Below are positions 49,144 through 62,753 of a stretch of 64,000 bases of DNA, piece after piece. The stretch comes from Neodothiora populina (lineage: Eukaryota), in NCBI RefSeq assembly GCF_041146345.1, contig NW_027191405.1, forward strand, positions 744,001 through 808,000, read 5' to 3'. The stretch's first letter is position 1; every line of letters starts with the position of its first letter. The position numbers and the translations under genes were made by a program. Below the pieces are notes generated by a model that ran no database searches, was not told the origin of the DNA, and worked only from the letters and a program-made list of their open reading frames with translations.

Positions 49144-50937
49144 GTTGTGAGGCACTGGGTTATCAGGGTTGCGCAGCACCGGTCGCGCCAATGATCATTC
49201 ACTTGCCGGGTTCTTTCGACGGTGTGATCCAAGCTGGCAAATGTTTGATATCGATACCGGCGGCAAAGTCACGGGATGAATCAAGATGTGGGGAAGAAAG
49301 TTGTTCTGCATGCGCCACTAAGAATTACCACATGCGTTACTGGAGCAGAATGGACTTTTAGGCGCAGGCGGTGAGCGAGCTCTCTGCCGTCTTTGGAGGG
49401 GTAGAAGATGACGTTTATCCCGAAGGACCGAAGGGAACTTTTTCGCTGTCTACCGATATCGTGCGCGAGGTGTAGCCAGAGATTGTTACGATTCAGGAGA
49501 GTGAATTAGTATCAAAAGTCAAGACGAAATGCCTCATTCGAAAAGGCGGTCAAGTGTTTATGGTGGAATTTTGCCTTTCACATTGGCTTTAGCGTGTTAT
49601 GTCCGAGAGAGAAGCAAGCCAACGCTCGGCCCGCCGCTAGCCCCATCCTCGGCAGGGGTTTCTCGACCTGCCTGTCCAGGCGCCATCTTCTCGAGCAATT
49701 GCCGAATGGACTGGACCGCGATGCCTACGTGTAAGGTGCCCATTATTCGTGAGTCACCTCCTGTGCTAGGTATGCATCCCACGGACGGTAAAGACGCTAT
49801 GTAGGGCTGGGTCGTGACGTGCTTAGCAATGTGGTTCGCACAGCGGAGAGTGAACGGAGATGGCGTCCGGCAATCCTCGACCGCCGCACGAGTATGCTCT
49901 GTCTCGCCCGCCCGTTATCGACACAGCTACAGTACATCTCTCGGTATCGCACAAGTGCTTGTACCAGCAGTGTAGGTGAAACCCAGGTAGATCAGATCTC
50001 AGCGAGTGGTGGCTGGGACAAAGCGTTGTGTGCTTAGCTTAGTATACTGTACTCCGTGCTCTGCGGATATGGTGGTTGATCGATGGACTAAAGGTGATCG
50101 CCCTTTGCGTCATCTCGCAATGGTTATATGGAGCGTGTCACGTCAAAGACCACGAGTAGATAGAGGTGCCATATAATGAACACGGTGAGAGCGGAGTACT
50201 CTTGTACAAGTACCAAGCGAAGATGGCCAGTAGGCTAAATATCGCGACGTTTCGATCGACGTGCAGTGCAGTACGGTATTGTACCTGTACACAGACATGG
50301 ATAAGCTACGGTACATGGTACTCGGTGTCCGTTGCTGTATTCTGGAAGCCCGGCATACTGCATTCAATAGACAGCAAGCAGCAAGCAAGCATCCAGTGAA
50401 GTACTGCATGCTCGACAATCACACAGATTGATTCAACAGAAGGAAACAGTGTTGTTTAAATCACTCGTGATCGGGAGGTGTTGCACGCGAGGCTGGAGTC
50501 CAAGCTCGCGACAAAGCAGAGCCAACGACGCTTTGAAGCTTGACGCTTGACGCTCGACGCTTATCCACCGCGAACTCTACACCATTAACCAGTGCAGACC
50601 ATTACGGAGACACGCCTGCATTGCTGGACCCTTTATCCTTTACCCTTTCTCCACACTGCCCTGCCTGCCTGCCTGCCTGCCTGCGCCTTCACTGCTAGCA
50701 TTGCTACCCTACCGAGCCTACCTACCTATCTAAGGTACCCTGCGAACTACAACTACCACCCGCCTCGCTCTCTCTCTCCCTCCCACCCTCCTCCTCCTCC
50801 TCTCCCTCCTCTCTTGTACACTGCTGGTTCGTGTATGAGTGGGTCTGTATTTGTATTGTACAGCTCGGCCTAGGGCTCGGTCGTGCGTTTCCTCCCTCGG
50901 GTCTCTTGTCCGCCTATAGAGAAGCAGTAGCAACGAC

Positions 50938-50963
50938 AGTAGCAGCAGCAGCAGCAGCAGCAG
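50938..50963. repeat. (CAG)n repeat in the microsatellite-rich leader of the Pumilio gene
   Basis: agcagcagca...; nearby (GCCT)n, (CCT)n and (GACTAC)n tracts. Confidence 0.85.
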
Positions 50964-51090
50964 CGGCGAGGCGCCCTGCATCCCTCGCTTTCCTCCACGA
51001 CTACGACTACGACTACCTCCTCCTTCCTCTGATCAGAGCCAAGATTGCCTGCTTCACGAGCACACAAAAATCCATACTCTTCTGACGAGT

Positions 51091-54000
51091 ATGGCATTCT
51101 CCAAAGGCCCACCCGAGCGGCCGGAGAGTCTTCTGTTCCGGCCGCAGCCTTCGCCGCGAGAAGAGTCGCCCTTCCCGACTTTCACCTCCCCCTTGTCGCC
51201 TCTCCGAACCCTGAGCAGCAGAGTCAATGCCAGCACTCTGGTCACATCGCCTGACTCTCGCGGTAGTCTCCAGAGAAGGTTCACCACCAATGCTCTCCCG
51301 ACTCTTTCTCCCCTAGGACAACAGAGGCGCGCCGCCGCAGAGCCCAAAGACTATGTTTCGCCGGTAAGCTGATGATTTTCCCATTCGAGAAGAGACGGGA
51401 GTGGGGATGAGGATACTAGCGACGGTCCAACATGGTTCCCAAAGTTCCAGTGATCAAGGCTTGTCCAGTGAACGGCCGAAATATCATGCGCGGGACAGAC
51501 CAAGGATGCTGGGATATGGAACTTTTCCTTGCGAGAGAGCGACGTAGGCTGACGCATCTTTTTCTTTTCGTAGGGTTTCAAGAAAATCACTCCGGTAAGC
51601 CAAAGACATTCTTCTTCTTCTTCTTCTTCTTCTCTGTTGCAACCCGTATGGTGTAGGCACCTAGCTCGTGTCATGTGCCCGCGCTTCATCGAGGGTTTCT
51701 CTCAACACACTCTTCCGATGGGTCCTCATGCCGAGTCAGCGATGGGTTCTGGGAGCGAGACCTTGTTTACCTCAGTCCTGTAATCTTAGGTTATGCCCAA
51801 TATGGAAACTGACAAACAGCAGTCCGAAAGAAAGGCCCGTCAATACGAGGAACTGCTGGCTCAACAACGCCGTATACAGGCACAGATGGCACTCATCGAC
51901 CCTGAAACCCGTCTTGCCGTCGAGGAGCACCAGCGATTAGAACAGGACATCAGTCTATTTACTTCCGGCCATCAGAGCGAGCCCACCACTCCTCCTGACT
52001 ACTATAGCTCACTCAGCCGCCCCAGCTCGAATCGTTTCTCTTCAGCCAGCTTGGCATCCCCTCCAGGCATCCACACTCGTCCAGCACATTCTGTATCACA
52101 ATTCACCTCCCCCCAAGCCGCCTTCGTGCGCCCATTTACCTCGCACGCATCATCCACCATTCCTTCTCAATCAGTACCTGCATCTCGCCGCGGCTCTGAC
52201 GAAGAAGAGGAAGATTACGCATACGGCTTTGCAGATCTAAACCACCGCTCAGCTGCCAAGTAAGTCTACACATCCTTTTATTGGTCATTCGGCCGTGAGG
52301 CTTGACCATTATACCTCAATCGCATCGTGAAATCTCCACCTCACCTGCACCTGTTTACAATTGATTCTGCTCACTTTGCACCCTTGGGAGAGTCATTGTT
52401 GCCTTGCGAGACCCAGCCGCACGGTTCTTCCGGATCACCTTCACTTGCCGCACCGTGTGAATGGTCCATCACTCTTTGTTCCTTCTGATTCTCTATACTG
52501 ACCACGATCCTTTCCCGCACTTATCTCGCACTTCGTCATCGTTGCACTGTCAGATCAACGTCGCTTACCTCGGCCTTGTAGCCTTAATCGCAACTCTATG
52601 CCCGTCAAGATGGCCGACTTGTCTTCCATGTTGGGTACTGTCAACACCGCCAGTTTCCTGTTTGGCGACGATGATGACCACAAGCAGCCTGCTCAAATGC
52701 AGCCTCAGGCTCAGACCAATCCTACCTCCTCTCCCGAGGCCAATACATTCTTGCAGCTTCACACCAACGATGACAAGTTTCCTATTCTTGTTCGTCGTGA
52801 AGGTGATGCCAAGGGCCAGCAGCCATACGGCTCCGCTGCTGCAGAACTGACGATCAACGGTGAGAATCAGCCAATGCTGGACCGAGCCACCGCTCAGCGT
52901 CATCGTCAAAGTTTGCCACCTTCGGCTATGCGCCACGCTGGCAACGCTGCTGGAGACGGACCCATGTCACCCCTGAACGGCATCTTGACTGACTTCAACA
53001 CCGCAAAAAACACTGCTGCTAACAGGCGTTCTCTTGAGGTCAAGTTCACTGGCGTTGGAGAAACGAAGCGACCTGGCTTGCTCGCGTCTCCTCAGCATGG
53101 CTCGTCCAATGGATTGCCAAAACTGCAGTCTTCGTACTCAACCAACGACATCCCCACTTTGAAGAGCACCAACGCCATCGCATTCCATAACGATTTTCAG
53201 GCCACCACCATGCAGACACCTCGTGGTGATCTCACCTCTCCTGAGCGTCAGACATTGGCTCTGAACAATCTTGGAACTCTCGGCATGAGCCATCTCGCTA
53301 GCCCGGGCCATCGACAGGCCCAGGAAGTCCCGGGCACTGCTACCACTCAGTCGGAAGAGCCGAGCCCCGGGTACCTCGCGCAGCGCTCTGTACTGCAGCC
53401 AAGCGCGATGCCATTCGGTCCGCCTGTCCCTGCTGTAGGCCAAGAGGCACACAATAACAATGTTGGCACTGCTACCCCACCCTCTGCGAATCCGTATGGT
53501 GCTCCCGCTTACTATGGAGGCTACGGTATGCCTATGCTCAACGCAGCCTTCAACAACATGTACGTTGGAAACAATCAACCTCCATGGGCAGCCGGCCCGC
53601 CCCAGGCAGGACAGATGCCGATCTACCAGGGTGCCTTCAATGGATTCAATCAGTTCCCCCAGCAGCAGGCTCCTCGCTTCCCAGAAAACACTACTCGAGC
53701 TGTTCAGCAGCGTCGTGGCAACAACAGCAGCAGCAGCAACAGTGAAGAGAACACTCGTTTTGCTAACGTCAAGCTCGAGTCTCTCTCTGGTGAGATCCAT
53801 GGCCTTTGCAAGGACCAGCATGGCTGTCGTTATCTGCAGAAGAAATTGGAAGAGCGAGTGCCTGAGCAGGTTCAGCTGATCTTTGACGAAACCTCACCTC
53901 ACGTCATTGAGCTGATGACCGACCCATTCGGAAATTATTTGTGCCAGAAGCTGCTTGAGTACGCAACGGATGACCAGCGTACCGTCCTCATCAGGAACGC

Positions 54001-55067
54001 AGCCCCTCAGATGGTCAAGATTGCCCTCAGCCAGCATGGTACACGCGCTCTGCAGAAGATGATTGAGTCTGTGGACACTCGTGAACAGATCCAGATCATC
54101 ATCGATGCCTTGAAGTACGAGGTGGTCCATCTCATCCAGGACTTGAACGGCAATCACGTCATCCAGAAGTGTCTCAATCACCTCTCTCCAGAGGATGCGC
54201 AGTTCATCTTCGATGCTGTTGGCACCCACTGTGTCACTGTCGGCACTCACCGTCATGGCTGCTGTGTCCTTCAACGCTGTATCGACCACGCTTCTGGTGT
54301 CCAGAAGGGCCAGCTCATTCAGCACATCACAGCCAATGCCTTCTCTCTCGTCCAGGATCCATTTGGCAACTATGTCGTACAGTATATCCGTATGTTTTCC
54401 TCCCTCCTGCACTTATCATCTGTATGCTGACATCATCGCAGTCGATCTTGGTGAACCTGCGTTCTCCGAGCCACTGTGTCTGGGCTTCGCTGGCAATGTA
54501 GCAATTCTGTCCAAGCAGAAGTTCAGCTCCAACGTCATCGAAAAGTGTATTCGCACTGCCGGGCCAGATTCAAAGCGTGCTCTTGTCAATGAGATCATGG
54601 ACCCAAGCGAGCTCGAGAAGCTCCTGCGCGATTCATTCGCCAACTACGTTGTCCAGACTGCCATGGACTATGCGGATGAGGAAAGTAAGGCTCGCCTCGT
54701 CGACAACATCCGCCCCATCATCCCCGCCATACGCCACACCCCTTACGGCCGCCGCATTCAGGGCAAGATCCAAGACTATGACACTCGCCTCGCCGGAGGC
54801 AATGGCCAGGTCGGCCCCGGCCGTGCGACTAACGGCGCTTTTCCTCGCTCCGTAGGTGGCAATGCCATGGCTGGCTACACCTCCCCTACAGCCAACTTCG
54901 GCAATGGCAACAATTATGGCGCCAATGTCGTTCCTTCAAACACCAACCGCGGCAATGGCGTCTCTTCACTCAACATGTTGGCGCAGCCTCACCAACCCGC
55001 CGGCTTCAATCAAGGGTTCTCTAATGTCGGCCGCGTGCCTCGTTCCACTGGCGTGAGCAATTACTAA
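51091..55067 (+). CDS. Pumilio/PUF RNA-binding protein, Puf4/Mpt5-like (5 exons)
   Basis: PUF repeats CKDQHGCRYLQKKLE, DPFGNYLCQK, QHGTRALQK, DLNGNHVIQK, HRHGCCVLQR, DPFGNYVVQY, QKFSSNVIEK, DSFANYVVQT. N-terminus LQRRFTTN. Confidence 0.92.
51609..51632. repeat. (TTC)n intronic microsatellite
   Basis: About 8 TTC units just downstream of the micro-exon donor. Confidence 0.85.
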
Positions 55068-56264
55068 ATGCTTGTGCCATTCGAATGACGGCGGCCGTTG
55101 TACCAGTAAGGACCGAGTCGCCAATCGCGAACGATCCGCCTCATATCGCAGCACACCAATTCCGGGAAATTCCCTCATGATACTACTTGCTCACGAAGAC
55201 ACGATACCATTCACGGCCGAATGTTCCAATAGACGTCGTCGAAGGGGCCATTGCATCAGATGGCGCACATGATCACTATTTCACTTCTTCCAGGGCAGCT
55301 TTGCATCAGCGACGGCAGTCACTTTGCCTGCGTGTAGCAGCCTCAATACCGTTGCTTCCGCGCTTTATTCCTGTCCTTCAGTCGATTCCCTAGCACATTT
55401 TCCACTACTTGCGACATTACACATTCGCATTCCACTTTCCCCACTGTGTAAACCTTGCCCCACGCTTCACATCGTCCAGTCGAAATGAACCAAAGCATTT
55501 TCGCTTATGGAGAAGACGTCGGAGATGCTGCATACACCAATTTCCTTTTGTTCCCTCGGCTCAACTAGAGCTCGACGATACATTGCTTCCAAGGATCAAA
55601 TCAAGGTCACGACTTGGGTAACCCATGACACATTATGCAGCTGGATAACTTTTCTGGATGCTTTTCTAGCATAGTGTACCCGAGTGGGTTTAGGTAGCAA
55701 TTGGAAAGTCTTTCATGGTCTCTTCTTTTTTTTTCGTAGCGACCTTTGTTCCATGTGCCAGTCATGGAATACAGGCTGAGATGAGTCCTAAATGCAATGC
55801 ATTATGTATACACTAAACAGATGTGATTCATGGAGCAGGAAGTGATGGATAATTACTGTCTTGTTCTATATAACATTACGGCCTACCAGTCTTAGCGTTA
55901 TGTGGGGGAACGCTGCTGTGTGTAAGCGGGCCTTAGGTGGAAGGAACGGGACTTGCCGGTGGGAGTTTGGGGTCGATGCGCCTGCTTCACTTTATGGAAC
56001 ATTAAACCATCGCAAAAGCACACCCACTTCACAACTAGAGATACAGTAGCCTGAGACGACTCTGTTTATCATATCGAGCACTCGCGTCATCAAGCCTCTT
56101 GAGCCTACTGGAGTGCTGAAGCAATAAAAAGATACATTGTACTGCGACAAGGCGAGGCCGCGAGAACAGAGCTACCCAGCTCATTCACATCTTTCCTCTT
56201 CACAACAAGTCGCAGACCATCTTGACTGAGAGAACACATCAGGATCGGCATATCATCAGCAACC

Positions 56265-58123
56265 ATGTCCGCAGTAGCGAATGGAACGCCAGCCAAGGCT
56301 CGCAAGCTCAGCAAGAACGAGTTTCGCCGCAGACAGAAAAGGGACAGAAAGGAACGCGGAGTGAGTCGATTGCGCCGTGGAACGCCAGACCATGTTCTAA
56401 TGTAGAATTACAGGAATCGGTAACACCCTCAATAGCAGAGTCTACGGACGTGTCAGATGCGGAAACCCCGAAACCAGCACCCGCCGCCAAGGCTGACACC
56501 GATGGTCGTGAGGGAACCGCTCAACTCGACACAAAGGACGATGCCGCCCAGAACGACGAGCCCCCCGAAGAAGAAGAATTCTCTCTGCCCGAAGACGACC
56601 CTCTATACGCGCAATTCTCCGGTATCCTTGCGAGATTCAACCAGCAGAAACGAGACGACGCGGCCAAGGAGGATGTGAAGCCGGAGATTTTCTACGATGA
56701 CGACAATGATGAGATCCCTGATGAAGACGAGGAGGCAAAACCCACGCTGTCGAAAAAGAAGAAGAAGGCAATGAACCAGCTGTCGATTGCTGAGTTGAAG
56801 GCGATTGTGCGGAAGCCGGAGCTCGTCGAGTGGACCGACGTTAATGCCTCGGATCCTCGCTTACTTGTCGCCATCAAGTCCCAGCGTAACGTGGTACCCG
56901 TCCCCTCACACTGGTCGCTCAAGCGCGAATATCTATCTTCGAAGCGTGGCATAGAGAAGCCAGCCTTCGCTCTACCGAAATTTATACAAGACACTGGAAT
57001 AGCGGAGATGCGAGACACGGTGCTGGAGAAACAGGCCGAGCAGACGCTCAAACAAAAACAGCGCGAAAGAGTGCAGGGCAAGATGGGAAAGCTTGATATT
57101 GATTACCAGAAACTGTACGAAGCCTTCTTCCGCCACCAGACCAAGCCCAACCTCACGCGCTACGGCGAGGTCTACTACGAAGGCAAGGAGTGGGAGACCA
57201 ATCTGCGTCACCTCAGGCCCGGCGAGCTCAGTGAGGAATTACGCGAAGCACTGAACATGCCGCCCGGCGCACCGCCGCCATGGCTGATTCATCAGCAACG
57301 TTTCGGTCCACCACCTTCTTATCCCGGTCTCAAGATCCCTGGCCTGAATGCTCCGCCACCGCCTGGCTCGGCTTGGGGCTTCCACCCAGGAGGATACGGC
57401 AAGCCTCCAGTCGATGACTTCAACCGCCCTCTCTACGGTGGAGACATCTTTGGTGTCGAAGCACAAGGCCAAGAAGAGGATGCTCCTACCGGTGTGCCCG
57501 TGGAAAAGAGCCTATGGGGAGAATTGCAAGAGCGCGAAGAAGAGGAGGAAGAGGAAGAGGAGGAAAGCGATGAGGACGAGGACGAGGACGAAGATGGCGA
57601 GGACTCAAAAGCTGGACTCGAGACGCCAATCGGACATGCTAGCGGACTGGCTTCAGCGGCTCCTACTGACATGGGCGGGGTCGAGAGTGTAGGTGGAGAC
57701 TTTATACTCCGGAAGTCGACTCGCGGCACCGACACCGAAGAGCCTTCGGCGCCTAGGTCCGCTTATCAGGTCCTCCCGGAGCAGAACATCCGTTCGCAAG
57801 GATTCTTCGGTGGCGAGAGAGCGTATGATCTCAAGGCTGCGCAGCAGAACATACCTGTGCTCGGTCAGGATAACGGCAGCAGGAAGCGTAAGGTTGGAGA
57901 TGTTGACGTCAGTGTCGATGTCGATTCGCTGGAAAGAGATGATCGCTTAAGCAAAGAAGAGGTGCAGAGGCAGTTTGAGGCTCAACGACAAGCACAGGCC
58001 GAGGGTCAATGGAAGGGCAGGGTGGATCAGGAAGATTTGAGCCAGATGATCGAGCAAGAGAGCAGGAAGCGTCTGAAGAAAGACCAGGAGAAGCGCGAGG
58101 AGAGAAGAGGCGGTCGGCGTTGA
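56265..58123 (+). CDS. SF3B2: Splicing factor 3B subunit 2 (SAP145/Cus1; 2 exons)
   Basis: VPVPSHWSLKREYLSSKRGIEKP, KMGKLDIDYQKLYEAFF; PSP domain PGELSEELREAL...PPPWL...RFGPPPSYP. Confidence 0.95.
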
Positions 58124-58974
58124 GTTGATGCCGGTCAAGAGAAGACGCTATCCCGCGCTCTCAAGGTTCACTCCATCGAAGTAGAGTCGCATCTCCACGG
58201 ATTTTTCACTGCGCTTACCTGACTGGAATTGGTAAATCGATGCTCTCCGGCAACCCTCTGGGACTTTTCCAAAAAGCATGGAGATGATTCCTTAGCTAGG
58301 AATGCGAGAGGGAAGGCATGTGCATCAGAAGAAGACTGCCAGCCAAAAAAAGAATCAGAAGTGACAAAGATACCCCTTATACGAGCCACGGATATTTCAG
58401 GATATTTCAGGTTGCAACGTCCACTTCAGACACAGTAGCTGTTAGTGTTTGCTGAGGTCCATCTAACTATAGGAACAGTGAAGGATAAGCAGCCGCGCGA
58501 GAACAAGCAGCGGATCACATGTGTGACATTTCGCTCACCCCACAGCTTCCTGAGGCCGCCATGAGTGAAGAAGCATAATCTGTTCTACTGCTACTAACCA
58601 CTACTCTAATTCTAAGTGTCACAGGGAGATGCAGCCATGGAAAAAGGTCGAGCATGGAGAGGCTCAGCCTGATCAGTCCACTGACCAACCGACCATGGCA
58701 CGTGCCACACACACAAGCGTCGGCGAAATGGCCGGTAAACCTCCGACCCTCCGATGGGAGAACCTTATGACAGTTGCTGCCAAGCAAAACCTGTCATTTT
58801 GTCCAGGGTGGAGTGCAAACACGAACATACCAGACCGTCTTCACAACATGGAACCATGAATCTCCACATTTGATCAATCACAGTCAATATTCAGCAGTTG
58901 ATCTGCTTGAGCATCAGATCTCTCCTTGCAGCATCCGGGTCGAGTATACAGCACATCATTACTCACCGCCCAGG

Positions 58975-61005
58975 ATGGATCGAGACCGTGAGCGTGACAG
59001 GAGGTAACACTAAAACTTTCCTTTCCCTATGCGCCTGAGTGGTCGCACCTCCAGCCAACAATCACAACAAGACAAGCCTGCAGACGGCAGCATTCAACAC
59101 TTCTGGCTGTCGAGTGAACTCTGCTGACTGAAACAAACACAGACCTTTCCCCAGAGAAGACCAATATGGAACCAGCAGAGGACAATCGTACCGTCCCAAT
59201 CGGTCACCAATCCCGACAGACACCTACCGCGCTCCTCGCTCGCCAGTCCGAGGTGGTCCCTTCATAGACTCGTACCGTGCTCCAATCCGTGGCCGCACTC
59301 GATCTCCACCGCCTTTCCGCCGCAGGTCTCGCAGTCCTCCACATTTCCCCCCAAGAGGAGGAGACAGCTACAGAGGAAGAGCTCGGTCGCCCATACCACC
59401 ACGAAGAGAGTTTGACAGAGACGCGAGCTACAGGCCCCCTCCTCGCAACTTTAGAGATGGCCCAACTTTCGGCAACAGATCTCCACTCAGAGCACCGCCG
59501 CGCGACCGCTCGCCCTTGCCGTTGAAGCGTGGCAGAGACATTTCCCCGGCTGGTAGCCGCGGCCGACGATCACCACCTCCTCCTGCTAAGCGAGAGAGAC
59601 TGGCATCACCCCAGCGATCGAGATACAATGCCTACCCGACATCGAGAGAGGCCAGCCCGCCACGTGGAAGACCTTATTCTCCTGGCCCTGGTCCCGGTCC
59701 CGCTGGGCCAAGAAGGTTGACACCACCAAGAGGTGTTACTCGAGGCTACCGTCCTGCATCGCGATCCCCACTGCGGAGAAACGAACACAACGATCCTCGA
59801 AAGGTTGAGTGGAGGCGCCGCTCTCCGTCCCCGCAACGTCAAAACAGGCCTGACTTGATCACCGGCGAGACCTCTGGCACACAGTCTGTCACTAGTTCGA
59901 GGCGTTCATCGCCCCCAATACATCCTAGCAGACTTGCTGTCATTGAGCCAGAAGACCGGGTCTCGAGGCCACCTCCGCTCGGTCCGCGCGAAGATGCGCC
60001 GCCTCGTCCCATGTACCGAGCTCGATCGCCGCCCCAACACCGTCCGCGATCTCCCGCCCCCATGCGTGCGAGATCACCTCCACCATCCCGTCAACGCTCT
60101 CCGCCTCCGATGATTGCTCGCTCCCCCCTCCAGCCAGATCTCCACCCGGGAAACGTGAATCGCCCCCTCCCCGCGAACGAGACGTCCCGCCGACCGGCCC
60201 TCGCATCCCTCCAACGGGACCGGCAGGTTATGATAGTGGCAACCGTGGCGGACCTAGCTATAAGGATGCGCTCCCGGCGCGTGCGCCTCCTACTGGTCCG
60301 GGAGGCTCGCGCTCTTATGCTCAGACCGCAACGGACGCTCCAATCCCTACTGGCCCAAGACCCAGTGCTATTTCACCGCCAACGCAACCTCGCGGAGCTC
60401 CACCTCCAGGTCGCGGTGGCTACAGAGGTGACTACCAAAGTCGCGGGCGTGGTGGACCTTATGGAGCAACATCATGGCGGGGTGGTCGTGGCGGCGGTGC
60501 ACCCCCATCCCCTTTCATTCGCGACCAAGAGTTTACTTCCGGGCCACCACCTGGACCGCCACTCGGTCCGCGCAGCTCATTCTCACAAGGCCCTGGCTTC
60601 CGTCCTAATGCAGCGCCGCCGAGCACAAATTTCCAGCGCACCTCACGCTTTGGACCGAACAACGGACCGATACCTTCTGGACCCAGGGCGGACATGGCTG
60701 CACCTAGTGGATTCAACGAGAATGGAAGGAAGCCTTCGAATCCCCACCTAGCTGATTTACCAAGGATCATTGAAGGTGGTCAGAAGGCACCGGACCTATA
60801 TGACCGCTCACGCGTGGATAGGTTAGAGAATGAAGCAGAGAGCCTGAGGAGAGCGATTGACGAAAAGCAAATGAAGAAGCGAAAGGGGCTGAGAGAGTGG
60901 GAGAGAATGGGGCGTGAGAGTGAAGCTGCAGCATTCAGGGCGCAGCTCGCAGAGGATGGAGCCAGAGCACTTGCGGGCGAGGGCGAGGGTGGTGCAGCAT
61001 TCTAG
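58975..61005 (+). CDS. Arg/Ser/Pro-rich (SRRM-like) fungal protein (frameshift at C6, 60123-60128)
   Basis: MDRDRERDRR exon, many RSPPP repeats, SRRSSPPIHPSRL, PPTGP repeats, C-terminal HLADLP..IEGG...LREWER...ESE. Confidence 0.75.
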
Positions 61006-61666
61006 TGATTTGCGCATCCACACCATGCTCTACTCTGCTTGACTGGCCGGCTTCATGACTTTCTTGTTTCAGGCACACAATACCCAACAAAATCCTAGAT
61101 GATGAATGACAAGAGTTATTAATGAGCTGTTGTACGTGTGTTGGCCTGTCTACTATGGGCGGAGAGGGGGGTATTCAGGATACCGTAGATGCCATACCCC
61201 GACACGAGCTCAAGCGCAGCGCAACGCAGCGCAGCGCAGCAGCTGCTGACGAGATAAGAGAGAGACGGCCTCGATAGGATAAGGTAGCCTCTCTGGACAT
61301 GCGTGTGGCCAGAACTTGATGGTTCGCGCGTGGAACGTGCATGCTTCCCGCGGTTGACTCGTACCGTACTGTACCTAACGTGCTAATTAAGGCAAGTCCA
61401 AGTCCAAGGTATGGATTTCGTACTGTCACTGCAACGGTTGTTTGCCGAGCTGCATGCACAGCTCTCCCACCTCTCGAAATCTTTTGGCGCCCCACCTTCC
61501 GAACTTTACATTAATCTACTCCAACCGCCAAGTCCCACTTCGCAAAGATCCTTCACCTCTTCCTCCATTTTCGAAAAAGACTCGCGCCAACAAGCTTCAC
61601 AAAACTCCACTATAACACCAAAAATCATCTAGGAAAATCTCCCACATTTCTATACCTCTATCAAAA

Positions 61667-62753
61667 ATGGACTCTTACGGAGCTGCTCCCACCGGCGGCC
61701 GCGCCTGCTACAACTGTACGTAGCCGAACTTGTCGCTTTCCTCACTCCACTCGCACAGATGGGGTATTCGTCGGTCGTCGAATCTCTTGTCGCCCCCCAA
61801 TCGCGCACATTGACTTGACCATACCGTCGGATCCCATCAACGCAGAACCTTGCAGCTCGATCATTGCTATCACTCAGCATGTGCTAACAAGACTCATAGG
61901 CGGCGAGACCACTCACCAGGCTCGCGAGTGCCCTACCAAGGGAAACCCCACCTGCTACAAGTTCGTTTCATCTATTGAGAGACACATGGCTGCACTCCAG
62001 TCGTACTGACAAGTTATCTTCCAGCTGCGGTGAGCAGGGTCACTTGTCCCGCGAGTGCCAGAACCCCCAGAAGGAGAAGACCTGCTACCAATGTCAGTAA
62101 CAACCCCTTCGTCTTTTTCTTTTCTTGATTACACTCTGGAGCCCAACATCGGACACGTCACCATCTTCAGCCATCGCTTGCTGCCTACCCACCCTCGCCA
62201 ATCGCTTCGACAACTAGCAATCAATACATGGCCTCACATATTCGTTTGACTTTCACAAAAATATTGTACTGACGGTTCGTGTTTCAGGTGGTGAGGTCGG
62301 TCACGTTTCGCGTGAGTGCCCCAAGTCTGCCGGCGGTGCTGGTGGCTTCGGTGGCCAGAGCGGTGGTCAAGAGTGCTACAAGTGCGGCAAGGTCGGTCAC
62401 ATCGCCCGTAACTGCCAGCAAGGCGGTCAAGGTGGCCAAGGTGGCTACGGTGGCGGTTACGGTGGTGGCTACGGCGGTGCCCAGGGTGGCTTCGGTGGCC
62501 AGCAACGCCAACAGACCTGCTACTCCTGCGGTGGTTTCGGCCACATGAGGTGAGTGAGGTTCTGCTCCTTTCAAGACTCGTCGCAATATACTGACCCTTT
62601 ATCTCTAGCCGTGACTGCACCCAGGGCCAGAAGTGCTACAACTGCGGTGAGGTCGGTCACTTGTCTCGTGACTGCCCCTCCGAGGCCAGCAACGAGCGCG
62701 TCTGCTACAAGTGCAAGCAGCCCGGACACGTTCAGGCCGCCTGCCCCAACTAA
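61667..62753 (+). CDS. GIS2: CCHC zinc-knuckle RNA-binding protein (Gis2/Byr3/CNBP; 5 exons)
   Basis: Seven CX2CX4HX4C knuckles after splicing, with Gly-rich linkers; ends [16 protein letters not shown]. Confidence 0.93.

Noticed and set aside
55805..55815. PUF autoregulatory site TGTATACACTA downstream of the Pumilio gene
   Set aside because: Single short match ~740 nt past the stop codon; 3' end unknown and chance occurrence likely.
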